DNA from: Octopus sinensis
Taxonomy: Eukaryota
Direction: 5' to 3'
DNA length: 64,000 nt
Assembly (NCBI RefSeq): GCF_006345805.1
Contig: NC_043000.1
Span: 17,112,001-17,176,000 of the forward strand
Position 1 is the stretch's first letter. Each line of letters opens with the position of its first letter. Below are positions 11,912 to 24,616 of the stretch, one piece after another. Below the pieces are notes generated by a model, which saw only the letters and a list, made by a program, of their open reading frames with translations, ran no database searches and was not told where the DNA came from. Position numbers and translations under genes: made by a program.

Positions 11912-12008
<97 letters not shown>

Positions 12009-12272
12009 ATAATATATATATATATATAAGTATGTATATGTTTATCTATATGTATATGTGTGTGTGTGTGTAGTTTGTGTATGTTGTGCGTGTTTTGTTC
12101 TCCCATCACCGCTTCATACCTGTGTTGGTGTATTTACGTTTCCGTAATTTAGTGGTTCAGCCAATGAAACCGATGTAATAAGCACTAGCTTAATAAATAA
12201 GTCCTGGGATCGATTTGTTCGACTAAAACTCTTCTGCAGTCAAATGACTGAAACAAGTAAAAGAATAAGAGA

Positions 12273-12274
<2 letters not shown>
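11561..12274 (+). mobile_element. Older SINE A interrupted in its internal (TA)n by a Penelope-like fragment
   Basis: A head at 11561-11720 and A tail at ~12090-12274. Confidence 0.8.
11752..11912 (-). mobile_element. Penelope-like fragment with truncated HHR and fold-back end
   Basis: Minus strand reads TGATGAACGGCAACGAGAAACTCAGAGTAACAGATTTTGTTG (same family as 5415). Perfect 24-bp inverted repeat at 11824-11847 and 11889-11912. Confidence 0.7.
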
Positions 12275-12360
<86 letters not shown>

Positions 12361-12407
12361 CAGAAGATAGGTACACACATACACACATTGTAGGTGAGTG
12401 TGATTAT

Positions 12408-12651
12408 CAGTGTCGGCTCGTGTATAGAAATGCGCAACTGCAGCACCCCCTATTTCCACTCGATATTATCGATAACATTCAATATAACGAGTCCTTTTTT
12501 CTTTAATTCTTTCTTTTTACTTGTACATTATATAATCCTTAAGCGTAATGAGAATAGCCATCCCCTAGTTTATAAAAAGAAAATACAAAAATCCTTGTAT
12601 AGAACTGTGCACTTCACAGTTCCAGCGACACACACACAGACACAAACACAG

Positions 12652-12723
<72 letters not shown>

Positions 12724-13225
12724 GGAAGGAACCAAACGTGTTGACGATGAGAAATATGCATAAAAAGTCACATATTCGAGATAGGAAGCTTCACGTTAGG
12801 GGGAGAGAGCACTGCGTGAACGACAGTGCCAACTCTTGTGTTTCGGTGAAAGCTATTTTCTGCTTTTGACTCCGCGTGTGTTATGCTTAAAAACGTGTTT
12901 ATATTCTTCAATGTGATAAAGTGCAGAATTAGTTTAGTATCCTGCTTCCAGCGTCAGTGTTGCTGCCAGGATTTTAAAAATAGAGCACATCTCTCCCCCA
13001 ACACTTATTTTGTGATTTAGAGGGATTTTTGAAAAACAAGGGGGAATTTGTGGCGGTGTTTAGTGAACAAATTAAACATACTACCCGGCAGTGGCTAAAA
13101 CGCGACCGATCTAGTTTATGTATAAATTTTCCTTTTATATGTTTATTTACTTTTACACAATATTAAAACGGCTAAAAATTTTATTAAGTAGTACCCTCAC
13201 TAATATTATTTACGAGTCGCCACTG
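12408..13225. mobile_element. hAT-superfamily MITE (818 bp)
   Basis: TIRs CAGTGTCGGCTCGT and ACGAGTCGCCACTG; perfect 8-bp TSD GTGATTAT at 12400-12407 and 13226-13233. Confidence 0.9.
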
Positions 13226-13589
13226 GTGATTATGTATATAGATATCAATAGGGCTTTATAAATGACAGATGCAAAAGTAGAGTCTGGCCTGTACAAATAG
13301 CAGTAAGATGATATATATTGTAGGTCGTTATGATTATATTATATTAGATCTGTTTGGCTTTAAGGTTCGAGAATTACAAGTTAGTGTGATCTTTGTAGAT
13401 GGCAGTGAGTATAGCCTAATAATTTAGGTCGCAAATATATTATAAGTCAGTGTAACTTTATGGATAGCAAGTACTACGATGTTCTTCTTTATTCTTCATT
13501 TGACTTTTTACTGTCTTTGTAGGGAGGGGGATCTGTTCATTCTTCCTCGATATCCCATCTTACTTTCCTCTGTTTTTCTTTTGATCTAT

Positions 13590-13815
13590 TCTTAATTTCT
13601 TTATTGCCTACAAGGGGCTAAACGTAGAAGGGTCAAAGAAGGACAGACAAACGGATTAAGTCGATTACATTGACCCCAGTGCGTAACTGGTACTTAATTT
13701 ATCGACCCCGAAAGGATGAAAGGCAAAGTCGACCTTGGCGGAATTTGAACTCAGAACGTAGCGGCAGACAAAATACCGCTAAGCATTTCGCCTGGCGTGC
13801 TAACGATTCTGCCAG
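13590..13815 (-). mobile_element. tRNA-derived SINE, family D
   Basis: Matches the D consensus (GAGTTCAAATTCC B-box; CCCCTTGT...AAAGAAAT tail on the minus strand). Confidence 0.88.
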
Positions 13816-14269
13816 CTCATCACCCTTTTGATCTCTTCTGTCTCACTCCCAGCTATCTCTCTTCATATTTTTCTATCTTTACCGTTCTCCGTCTCAGTCC
13901 TTCCTCTCTTCTCTTTCCCCCTCTATTTGCTCTTTCTATTGTGTCCTATTCTCCATGTTCTAAAATCCATTTTTTTAACCCTTAATTTATCCCTGTTCTT
14001 TACCGCTTTCGTTTCTCCCCCTCATTCTTCTTCCTTGTGTTTTCCTGTCGCACTCTTTTTGTCCATATCCTCCATTGGTCTCCAATTTCTTGTTTTTCTT
14101 ATAACTCTCCACCCTCATCTTGCCTCCCTCTCACTAAGTTCTTCCCTTTGCTTTCTACCGCCAGATTGTTCCTAATTCTGCTCCCCACTTTAATCCTTTT
14201 ACTTTCCATTTACTGCCTTTTACCCACTACTCCCAAATTTCTATCCATACTCTCCATCACTATGCCTAT

Positions 14270-14324
14270 ATATATCACTATGCCTATATATATCACTATG
14301 CCTATATAAATATATATATATATA

Positions 14325-14357
<33 letters not shown>

Positions 14358-14414
14358 CACTATATATATATATATATAATATATATATATATATCACATA
14401 TATATATATATATA

Positions 14415-14488
<74 letters not shown>

Positions 14489-14504
14489 TATATATATATA
14501 TATA

Positions 14505-14593
<89 letters not shown>

Positions 14594-14612
14594 ATCACTA
14601 TATATATATATA
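14270..14612. repeat. (TA)n with periodic TCAC interruptions, preceded by 3 copies of TATCACTATGCCTATATA-like units
   Basis: Directly visible. Confidence 0.9.
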
Positions 14613-15116
14613 CTAGCAGTATCGCCCGGCGTTGCTCGGTTTGTAAGGGAAATAACTATATAAGCATTTTTAGAGAGTTACTTCCTTTATAGATACCAAT
14701 TCGGGCTTTCTTAGCCATTTCTGTTTTGGTGTCTTCAAGCCATGAAGTCGTTGTTCTAAAAGAACGCTGGTCTCCTTGACAACGCTTTACGACGTTGATT
14801 TTCTTACACTCCCTTCCCCACAGCTTCACGAGGGAGGGAAGAAGGGGGAGAAGCAAACACAGGTGCAGGTGTTTGAGCGTGGACGCCAACTCCGCCGCCA
14901 TCGACACACGAAAAATTATGCATTAAAATGGAATAAAAAATGATGTTAAATTATTTTTAAAATCGTAGACTCATCGTAGACGCGCGCTAATAGCCAGACG
15001 GGCTCGATATTAATCACGACTATAAGATACCCGAATTTGGTTAAACTGCACCGCAAAATGTCGGAGGAGTTAGGAATCTAAATCGTAGGAGACAGACACT
15101 CACACAACTACAGTTT

Positions 15117-15128
<12 letters not shown>
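14613..15128 (-). mobile_element. Non-autonomous Helitron with ~220 bp of extra internal sequence
   Basis: 3' CTAG and hairpin at 14613-14640; body homologous to 5500-5983; extra segment at 14692-14908. Confidence 0.85.
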
Positions 15129-15154
<26 letters not shown>

Positions 15155-16692
15155 CTATGACTCTCCATCTGCCTCTGTATTTTTGGTATCCTCTGTTGAT
15201 TTCACTTTCCACCATTACCCTAATCTTTACTTCACTCTTTCCTTGCTCTCCACCTTTACTCTTATCTGCTTTCCTCCTTCACTCCTACGACTTCCTCTTA
15301 TATCATGCTTTACTCTCTTTTTTCTACAAACTTTCTATCCTTGTAATATATTTCTTTCTTATGTTCGTGATCTCACTTTTTGCATCTTGTCTGCTTTTTC
15401 ACTCCGTAACTCCCTCCTTGCTACTCTGCTGTTTTGCCCTTCAAATCCCTCATTGCACCTTACCTGTTGCTATACACTCCCAAACCCCTCATTTCTCTCC
15501 GTCTCTAGTCTTTGATTTTGATTTTGATTTTTCCAGTTTCGGCTCATGAGCTGATAAGCATGCTGTATGTTCCAGCATGATAAGCATGATAAGCATGCTG
15601 TATGTTCCAGCATGCTTATCATTCTCAATTCTTATCTTGTTCTCTTCAGTTCTCTTCTTGATCTAATACATCTCCCGATTCACTCCCAACTTCCTATTTA
15701 CACTCTTCCCTTACCTCTGACTCTTAATTAATCATTTCAATTACTCTCCTTGTTCTTTCATCTTCTGGATCTCTAGTTTCACTTTCACTTTCTTTTTCTC
15801 GCTATTACTCTCCATTTTTACAATCTCTTGCCTAATTCTTTGTCTGCCTTAAAGCTTCAGCTTATAGACAGACAAGGGGCAAATCAAGAGATGGAGACAA
15901 GTAGACATTTATCTCAATTTTCTTTCTTCTGCCTCCCTCCCTATTCCTTATCGCTTTCCTAGCTCGTCTTCGGTTGATTCACTCCCCATCCATCTCTTTA
16001 TTTTCTGTCCATACTCTATACTTTCAGCTTAATATCTAGTCCACTCTAGTGCAGTAATGATAAAATTGACAGAAGAGCAATGTTTTCCCAGACTTTATGA
16101 TGTCCAGACATTACAAAAATATCTGAATTCAGCATCCTAACTCTCTGTTTATTCTCCATACTTTGTCTTTGTCTCCATTCTCTAAAATCCATTTCTTACT
16201 CTCCCAATCTCTCCTTGCATTTAACCACTCTTTTTTACTTCTGTTAAATTTGCAAACCAATGAATTTGTAAAACAAAATTTTCGTAATCGTTCTCCTCCC
16301 AGATGCGTAACCACAGCTTCTTGTGTACTTGAAATCCACTCCTGATACTAAAAAGATTCGATTGTTGCCGATAGATCGGTTACTCGAGTCGTTTCACACC
16401 TTTCACTCGCAATATCTTTTACATATTATAATTAAAAGAAGAAAAAAAACCTCTGAGGATTAACTAGATAAAGTTAGAGAAATAAGTGGATGTTTAATTA
16501 AAAGATTAATCCCATTGTTGCGATGCAGCCTATTACTAGAGCAAGCTCAGGCTTCAGTAAAACAGCAGTGCTTGATCATTAAAATAATACTTGAAAGAGA
16601 TTGCTATGAAAATTACATGAAAGACAATACAGAAAGTTGATAAGAAAAAGTGAAAACAAAAAAGAAATCAACAGTTTGAGATATATCTCTAC

Positions 16693-17108
16693 AGGCGCAG
16701 GAGTGGGTGTGTGGTAAGTAGCTTGCTAACCAGCCACATGGTTCCGGGTTCAGTCCCACTGCGTGGCACCTTGGGCAAGTGTCTTCTACTATAGCCTCGG
16801 GCCGACCAAAGCCTTGTGAGTGGATTTGGTAGACGGAAACTGAAAGAAGCCTGTCGTATATATGTATATATATATGCGTGTGTGTGTTTGTGTGAGTGTG
16901 TCTGTCCCCCTAGCATTGCTTGACAACCGATGCTGGTGTGTTTACGTCCCCGTAACTTAGCGGTTCGGCAAAAGAGACCGATAGAATAAGTACTGGGCTT
17001 ACAAAAAGAATAAGTCCCGGGGTCGAGTTGCTCGATTAAAGGCGGTGCTCCAGCATGGCCGCAGTCAAATGACTGAAACAAGTAAAAGAGTAAAAGAGTA
17101 AAAGAGTA
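16693..17108 (+). mobile_element. SINE A, full length
   Basis: AGGCGCAGGAGTGG head through three AAAAGAGT tail units. Confidence 0.93.
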
Positions 17109-17506
17109 TTTGCTGGACAACTAAAGTTTCCTTTTAAAATTTACTTTGCAAATAACTACAAGAATCACACACCCCCATCCTACGACGACTGCCACCACCA
17201 CAACCACCATCAACACCACCACCACCACCACCACCACCACTACCACCACCACCACACCCACCACCACCACCACCACTACTATCCTTATATTGGCTTATAT
17301 GTTGTATTTTGTATGCATTGTAATCTTCAGGGTGTCACATATTCGAGACATTACTGCTCCACAGACTCAACACATCTATTTAAATCAACCGTCACCATAT
17401 AATCCCATATCATTTAATTTTCTTTTTAGACAGAAGACGTCCATGAAAACTGTATGGGAGAAAAGGTATCGTATTCACTAACACTGACCAGCGCATGACA
17501 CACAAG

Positions 17507-17555
<49 letters not shown>

Positions 17556-17619
17556 GCGTGCAGCACGCTCTCACACACCCTAACACACTCCGTGAACAGG
17601 ACTACTGTTCACATATCTG

Positions 17620-17960
17620 GGACGAAGGAGTTGCTACGTTCATTCAAACATTCGACATATAATCCAGAATACTGAGCCATGTGATTGATAGGCAAATCTT
17701 CACTCATTGTCACACCAATAACTACTCGACAACGTACTGTAGGCACCCTCTGGATTTTCCTATCGCTGCTACAGTAGCTTTTGTTCCTCTGTATTATCCC
17801 TGCTTCTCATGCACCAACAAAGAAACCTCTATGCATTCAATTGATCTGCAAGAAGTATCAATCAATTCTCGCCCAGATCAAACCCTATAAGCATCAAATT
17901 CCATTGATTCCAGTCTATCACGTCTCGCGAACAGTACTGCTAGAAACCTGAATACATCTG
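17620..17960 (+). pseudogene. Highly decayed CR1-clade LINE ORF2 C-terminal fragment (tentative)
   Basis: Translated pieces such as YRCYSSFCSSVL resemble the CR1 'FYRYYNGxCSxEL' region; many lesions. Confidence 0.35.
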
Positions 17961-18503
17961 CGTGCAGATAGTATGCACCATCTGCGGTCCATTAGAGATC
18001 GAAATGTGACTTAATGTCCATGCTGCACTCCTGCCATCCGGATCCATCGAACTGTCTTTGTGACACTTGTGTTTCAGAAAATACTCCTTAGCACAAATAA
18101 CGTACCTTTCATATATCACGTCAAAGGAATAGTCGAAGATTAATCTAGTATGTCGTTTGTGATGCCGCTACTATGCGATTTATCGATGAGGGTCTGATCG
18201 AAGGGGGAGATGTCTGTCCTTAATCCTTTTAGATTCATCCATCATACAAACTCCTTCGCCATAGCTACTAGACAGAGCAACACCACCAGCTCCGTCTTCT
18301 CAGAGATGAGTGGGGGAATGACCCTCAAGATGGACTTGGTTACACGCGACAACGGCTGTTTGACATAGCTTCAAAAGTCAGCAACATTCGAACATTGCAT
18401 GAGAGTATGCAGTATTTTCGTTGCTTTACGCGTATCCCAGACAGTCTCACTTGGCGGTACTGCCATGCCAGTTGAGTTAATCTCGAACTGGTAATGCCCC
18501 TCA

Positions 18504-18825
18504 AAGGCGGTGAGCTGGCAGAAACGTTAGCACGCCGGGCGAAATGCGTAGCTGTATTTCGTCTGTCGTTACGTTGTGAGTTCAAATTCCGTCCTTGTTT
18601 GTCCTCTCTGTGTTTAGCCCCTTGTGGGTAGTAAGGAAATAGCTATTTCGTCTGTCGCTACGTTCTGAGTTCAAATTCCGCCGAGGTCGACTTTGCCTTT
18701 CATCCTTTCGGGGTCGATAAATTAAGTACCAGTCACGCACTGGGGTCGATGTAATCGACTTAATACCTATGTCTGTCCTTGTTTGTCCCCTCTATGTTTA
18801 GCCCCTTGTGGGTAATAAAGAAATA
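18504..18825 (+). mobile_element. SINE D two-unit array
   Basis: Single outer TSD GGTAATGC(C/T)CCTCAA at 18490-18504 and 18826-18840. Confidence 0.9.
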
Positions 18826-19229
18826 GGTAATGCTCCTCAAAGGCACAACCAGGTCAAGGATTTTTGGAAACTGTGCATCAGCATGGCTGCAGCTCTGAGC
18901 TGAAACTAGAAAAAAAAAATGGTTGTTGACCACAAAGTTCCATGAAACAGACCGGCTAGTTCGTTCTCCGTCGACGCCTAGAGTTACCCCAAGTACATCA
19001 TCGCTCTCATTCATCGTTAATTTTCTATTCATTGCTAACGTGGAACTTTAACCGGCTGCATTGCCCGACCGTAAAGGGGGAAAAGGACGCCCGACGATAT
19101 TTCAGGTACCAGGTGCAAATATTAGTCTGTTCTTGACCCAGGACTGCCGCTCCATTAAAGAGATGAGTTACAGAAAACATGCCTTGCACACAGAGACCAC
19201 GCCTGCTCAGACTCAACGTGAGTCTGAAT

Positions 19230-19230
19230 C

Positions 19231-19270
<40 letters not shown>

Positions 19271-19282
19271 TAATAATAATAA

Positions 19283-19324
<42 letters not shown>
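19230..19324. repeat. (AAT)n microsatellite
   Basis: Directly visible. Confidence 0.97.
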
Positions 19325-20314
19325 TTCTATTATAGGCACAAGTTCAGTGATTTTGAGGGCAGGAAGTTAGTCGATGCCATCGACCTCAGTTTCTTGACTG
19401 GTACTTTATTTTTAAGTATCAAGGTTGATGGTATTGACTAAGCAACTTCCATCAAAATTGCTGGCCTCCTGCCTAAATTAGAAACCCTTATCAACAACAA
19501 CAACAACAACAACAACAATAATAATAATAATAATAATAATAATAAGAAGAAGAAGAAGAAGAAGAAATCATTATTCGGAGTTATATGTCTAGTAAGTTAT
19601 TTGATCTGAATCTTTGAAAGAGGCATTTTATTAAGACACAAAGCTGTTAAATTTACTTTGAATTTAAGTTTATTTCATGTGCTGTTAACATTTTGGTCGA
19701 GCAACGGTGACCTGATTGCTAAAACTCTACAGCAGTGGAACTATGCCGGAGACGAGGCTGCAGTTGTGCGATGAAAAATATGACACTTCTTGAAATAAAT
19801 TCAAAACTGAAAACGAATTGAACACTTTTGTTCGTTATTTTAATGGGGGCCTACAGCTTTTTCAGCTTTTTCTAGGCTCTTCCACTACGTATTCATTATT
19901 ATTATACATTTAATTGTCATGAAGACAATTAAATCATTACAATACGCAACTAACATGACAAATGAACAGTTACGCAGTCACATATATACGTATATACACA
20001 TATACATACATATATAAATATATGCATATGCATAATTGTATATTTAATGAATAAACAAATTTATATGCGCAATAACATTAATAACAATAACAACAATACT
20101 AGTTGTAGTAGTTATAGCATCCATTTCTCCATTCTGTCTTATCTACTTACATTCCATGAACAATAAGTCTTTTGTGTTAAAAGAGATGTCGTCTGCTTTA
20201 GTCTACTATTGTTCTGAACATACGTGTATTGATCATGTTTTCTATGGTGGAAAGGAAAGTTATTCTAAACTTTCTGCTTCTCTCTCTCATTCTCTCTCTC
20301 TCTCTCTCTCTCTC

Positions 20315-20350
<36 letters not shown>

Positions 20351-20586
20351 GTCTCTCTGTCCCTTCTCTCTCTCTCTCTTTCTCTCTCTCTCTGCCTCTC
20401 TCTCCTCATTTGGTTGATCGAGACGAATGGCAAATCTCACTTGCAATGTTTTTATATTATGATAGTAAAAAGCTTCAGACCCCACCCCAGAAAACAAAAT
20501 AAATAAATTAATAAATAAAACTCTCTGATAATAAACTCATCAACTTTATTACTTAAAACAACAACAACAACAACAACAACAACAGT

Positions 20587-21255
20587 AGACCCAGGAAAAC
20601 CTGGGACGAGGTGGTGAAGAACGACCTTCGAACTTTAGGTCTCACCGAGGAAATGACCAGAGACTGAGACCTTTGGAAGTATGCTGTGCGTGGGAAGACC
20701 CGGCAGGACAAGTGAGACCATAACCCGTGGCCTCTACCTGGGACGTAGCCAGCCCACCTATGCATACCGTTCCTTCTTGTGACACAAACCCTACTTGTGA
20801 AGACCTGTTGAGGCAAGTGAAAATCAAAATGAAAATCAAAATCAAAATCTTTCAACATCAATGGAAATTGTAGCTGAGATACCAGTGCCGGTGGCACGTA
20901 AGAGAACCGTCCGAACGTGGCCGTTGCCAGCGCCGCCCCGACTGGCCTCCGTGCCGGTGGCACGTAAAAAGCATCATCTGATTGTGGCCGTTGCCAGCCA
21001 CGTCTGGACCCCGTGCCGGTGGCACGTAAAAAGCACCATCCGATCGTAGCCGTTTGCCAGCCTCGTCTGGCACCTGTGCAGGTGGAACATAAAAAGCACC
21101 CACTACACTCTCGGAGTGGTTGGCGTTAGGAAGGGCATCCAGCTGTAGAAACACTGCCAGATCAGACTGGGCCTGGCGCAGCCTCCTGGCTTTCCAGACC
21201 CCAGTTGAACCGTCCAACCCATGCTAGCATGGAAAACGGACGTTAAACGATGAAT
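20587..21255 (+). mobile_element. 5'-truncated RTE-clade LINE 3' end (ORF2 C-terminus plus 3' UTR)
   Basis: Translates RPRKTWDEVVKNDLRTLGLTEEMTRD*DLWKYAVRGKTRQDK*, matching the RTE ORF2 C-terminal GRPRKTW..DR..WR motif. Ends ACGGACGTTAAACGATGA followed by (AAT)n. Confidence 0.8.
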
Positions 21256-21269
21256 AATAATAATATTAG

Positions 21270-21349
<80 letters not shown>

Positions 21350-21359
21350 GAGGAGGAGG

Positions 21360-21592
21360 AGACCTCCTTCTGTCATGAATGACCATGGGATTGCACCTAG
21401 AAAGTTACCCACCGAGGCACAAGTCCGGGCAAGGTTATTTGTGGAAGGCCAGCGATCGCCCATGCATACCAGCCTCCCCTCTCCACACCACTGATATTAT
21501 CCAAGGGAAAGGCAAAGGGGCCGATACAGCTTGGCACCAGAGTTAACTGGAGCAACGTGAAATAAAGTGTCTTGCTCAAGAACACAACAAGT
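21360..21592 (-). mobile_element. SINE family C, 3' half
   Basis: Homologous to 23326-23675 and 60176-60509. Confidence 0.85.
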
Positions 21593-21689
21593 AATCGGAC
21601 CAGACCAGCTTCCGCTCTGACTACGATTTTCTGCGTACATTGACCTGTCAAAGCGGGTATCGCATCAATTTCACTTATAAAACAATATA

Positions 21690-21934
21690 TCCTTTGTCAG
21701 TGATCACCAGTGAGGTCATGAAGTCTTATTTGCTTGAGATATACTTACGTCTGTCATAAGCAAGTAGTCTCTCATATGTGATAACTTTGGTGAAAGTTAT
21801 GTGGTTACCTTGGCATTAACAAAGCCATCGACTATGTCCAGCACGAAAATGTCTCAGTTAAGTCGTCACCCTTTGTACTCAATTCCACTTTTATTTCAAG
21901 GATCGGCGTTTTATTCTCAGACTGGTTTATCATA
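21690..21934 (+). pseudogene. Decayed CR1-clade reverse transcriptase fragment, split by a SINE B insertion
   Basis: Frameshifted translation VSDHQ*G...DNFGESYVVT/LGINKAIDYVQHEN...ISRIGVLFSD matches 'SDHQYGFR...FGES..VALDISKAFDRVWHE..LISWI.SFLSDR'. Confidence 0.7.
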
Positions 21935-22320
21935 GAGAAGCACTCCGTCGGTTACGACGATGAGGGTTCCGGTTGATCCGAATCAACGGAACAGCCTGCT
22001 CGTGAAATTAACGTGTAAGTGGCTGAGCACTCTACAGACACGTGTACCCTTAACGTAGTTCTCGGGGATATTCAGCGTGACACAGAGAGTGACAAGGCCG
22101 GCCCTTTGAAAATACAGGTACAACAGAAACAGGAAGTAAGAGTGAGAGAAAGTTGTGGTGAAAGAGTACAGCAGGGATCACCACCATCCCCTGTCGGAGC
22201 CTCGTGGAGCTTTAGGTGTTTTCGCTCAATAAGCACTCACAACGTCCGGTCTGGGAATCGAAACCGCGATCCTATGACCGCGAGTCCGCTGCCCTAACCA
22301 CTGGGCCATTGCGCCTCTAC
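21935..22320 (-). mobile_element. SINE B
   Basis: 11-bp TSD GGTTTATCATA at 21924-21934 and 22321-22331. Confidence 0.95.
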
Positions 22321-22704
22321 GGTTTATCATAACATGCGCCAACAAAACACACGGTGATTCACATTCAATCAACTCAATATGTTACGAATTAATTTGCCGA
22401 TCTATCCACCCATCTTCTCCGCCTACTATTCATGAGAGGGTCGTGGGGGGTAGAGTATCAGGTAGAGTAGGGTCCTACCAGAAATATCCGTCATTACAAT
22501 TTCTAACTGGATTCCCTAGTGGGGCCAACTGAGATTGTGAATATTATCCAACCATCTCGTTCTTGGTTTACCTCTGGGTCTCCTGCTGATTGGCTCGGCT
22601 TGAAGAATCCGTGCTGTCATGTCTTGACACTAACCTCTATTTATTAATTACCTATTCATTGTTATTTCTAGTCACATATCCTTCTATGCAGATATTACAT
22701 TTCA

Positions 22705-23095
22705 TTCCCACCCACCCACCCACCCATCCACTCACTCACTCACTCACTCACTCACTCATTCACTCACCCACCCACCCACCCACCCACCCACTCACTCACT
22801 CACTCACTCACTCACTCACTCACTCACTCACTCACCCACCCACTCACTCACTCACTCACTCACTCACCCACTCACTCACTCACTCACTCACTCACCCACC
22901 CACCCACTCACCCACCTACCCACTCACCCACCCACTCACTCACTCACTCACTCATTCACCCACTCACTCACTCACTCACTCACTCACTCACTCATTCACT
23001 CACCCACCCACTCACTCACTCACTCACTCACCCACTCACTCACTCACTCACTCACTCACACACTCACTCACTCACTCACTCACTCACTCACTCTC
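22705..23095. repeat. (CACT)/(CACC)n microsatellite
   Basis: Directly visible. Confidence 0.96.
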
Positions 23096-23325
23096 GCTGT
23101 CGCTCTCACGCACACGCACACAACTGAGACATCTCACACGGTATCTGCTTTGGTTCAATAAACAAGAACACCAAACACGCTTTTCAGTGTAACGATCCAA
23201 CTTAATTCTGACATTACAAGTATAACCATGAGTGCGGTTCAGCGCAGTAACATGCTAACATAACAGCATAGCTACACCAATATGATAATCCATCACATGA
23301 GAACTATACATACATTTAAGACACT

Positions 23326-23675
23326 AAAAAAAGGGTAAAGACTTCCCCCCGACTTCGGTCATGAATGGGATTGCACCTGAAAAGTTACCCTCCAAGGCAC
23401 AACTCCGGGCAACGTTGTTTATAGAAGTCCAGCAATTGCCCATGCTTACCAGCCTCCTGTATCCACGCCACCTATTTTATCCGAGGGAAAAGCAAAGGTC
23501 GATACAGCTTGGCACCAAGTAACGTCGCAACTCATTTCTACAGCGGAGTGAACTGGAGCAATGTGAAATAAAGTGTCTTGCTCAAGAACACAACACACAG
23601 CCCGGTCTAGGAATCGAACTCTCTAACTCATGATTGTGAGCTCGTTGCTCAAACTAATGAGCCATGCACCTTCAC
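23326..23675 (-). mobile_element. SINE C, full length
   Basis: 26-bp TSD GAGAACTATACATACATTTAAGACAC at 23299-23324; the right copy is split by SINE B. Confidence 0.9.
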
Positions 23676-23699
23676 AAGAGAACTATACATACATTTAAG

Positions 23700-24086
23700 G
23701 GGAGGGAAGCACTCCGTCGGTTACGACGATGAGGGTTCCGGTTGCTCCGAATCAACGGAACAGCCTGCTCGTGAAATTAACGTGTAAGTGGCTGGGCACT
23801 CCACAGACACGTGTACCCTTAACGTAGTTCTCGGGGATATTCAGCGTGACACAGAGAGTGACAAGGCCGGCCCTTTGAAATACAGGTACAACAGAAACAG
23901 GAAGTAAGAGTGAGAGAAAGTTGTGGTGAAAGAGTACAGCAGGGATCACCACCATCCCCTGCCAGAGCCTCGTGGAGCTTTAGGTGTTTTCGCTCAATAA
24001 ACACTCACAGCACCCGGTCTGGGAATCGAAACCGCGATCCTACGACCGCGAGTCCGCTGCCCTAACCACTGGGCCACTGCGCCTCC
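23700..24086 (-). mobile_element. SINE B inserted into the TSD of SINE C
   Basis: 15-bp TSD ATACATACATTTAAG at 23685-23699 and 24087-24101. Confidence 0.95.
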
Positions 24087-24584
24087 ATACATACATTTAA
24101 GACACAACACAATATAGAATTTGAGATAGCAAAGAGAAATAGGTTCACCAACCGGATCCGAACGACGTATCTATTGATTACTGCACAAAGCGCCTGTCAA
24201 TTCCTCTACCTCAAATTATAAAATTGAGTTTCTGTTCTTTTATTATATACATATTTACGCCCGACTTTTCATGATACATAGTTCGGACCTCGCCAGTGGC
24301 TTGTTCCTCATTTATATTTCAAATTGGTCCTATCAGGTTTATTTTAACCTCACATTGAAAATCTTGGCCGCTAATTCACAATAAAGGATTTGTTCTTCTA
24401 GATCAGCTGACCCATTAACGAGAACGCAGAAAACAATAGTTCCACATATTTAGTTTTCTATGAAATACAGTCCTATAGAAACGGTTTATCATTGAAATGG
24501 TTTCCTATTGAAACGGCACGTTAGATTTCTTTTCTTTATCATTCCTAAAGGGCTTCATTGTCTACATGTGTGTGTGTATGTGTG

Positions 24585-24616
<32 letters not shown>

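Noticed and set aside
13250-16340. Pyrimidine-rich tract that may be an ancient minus-strand LINE
   Set aside because: Too decayed; no motif could be read with confidence.
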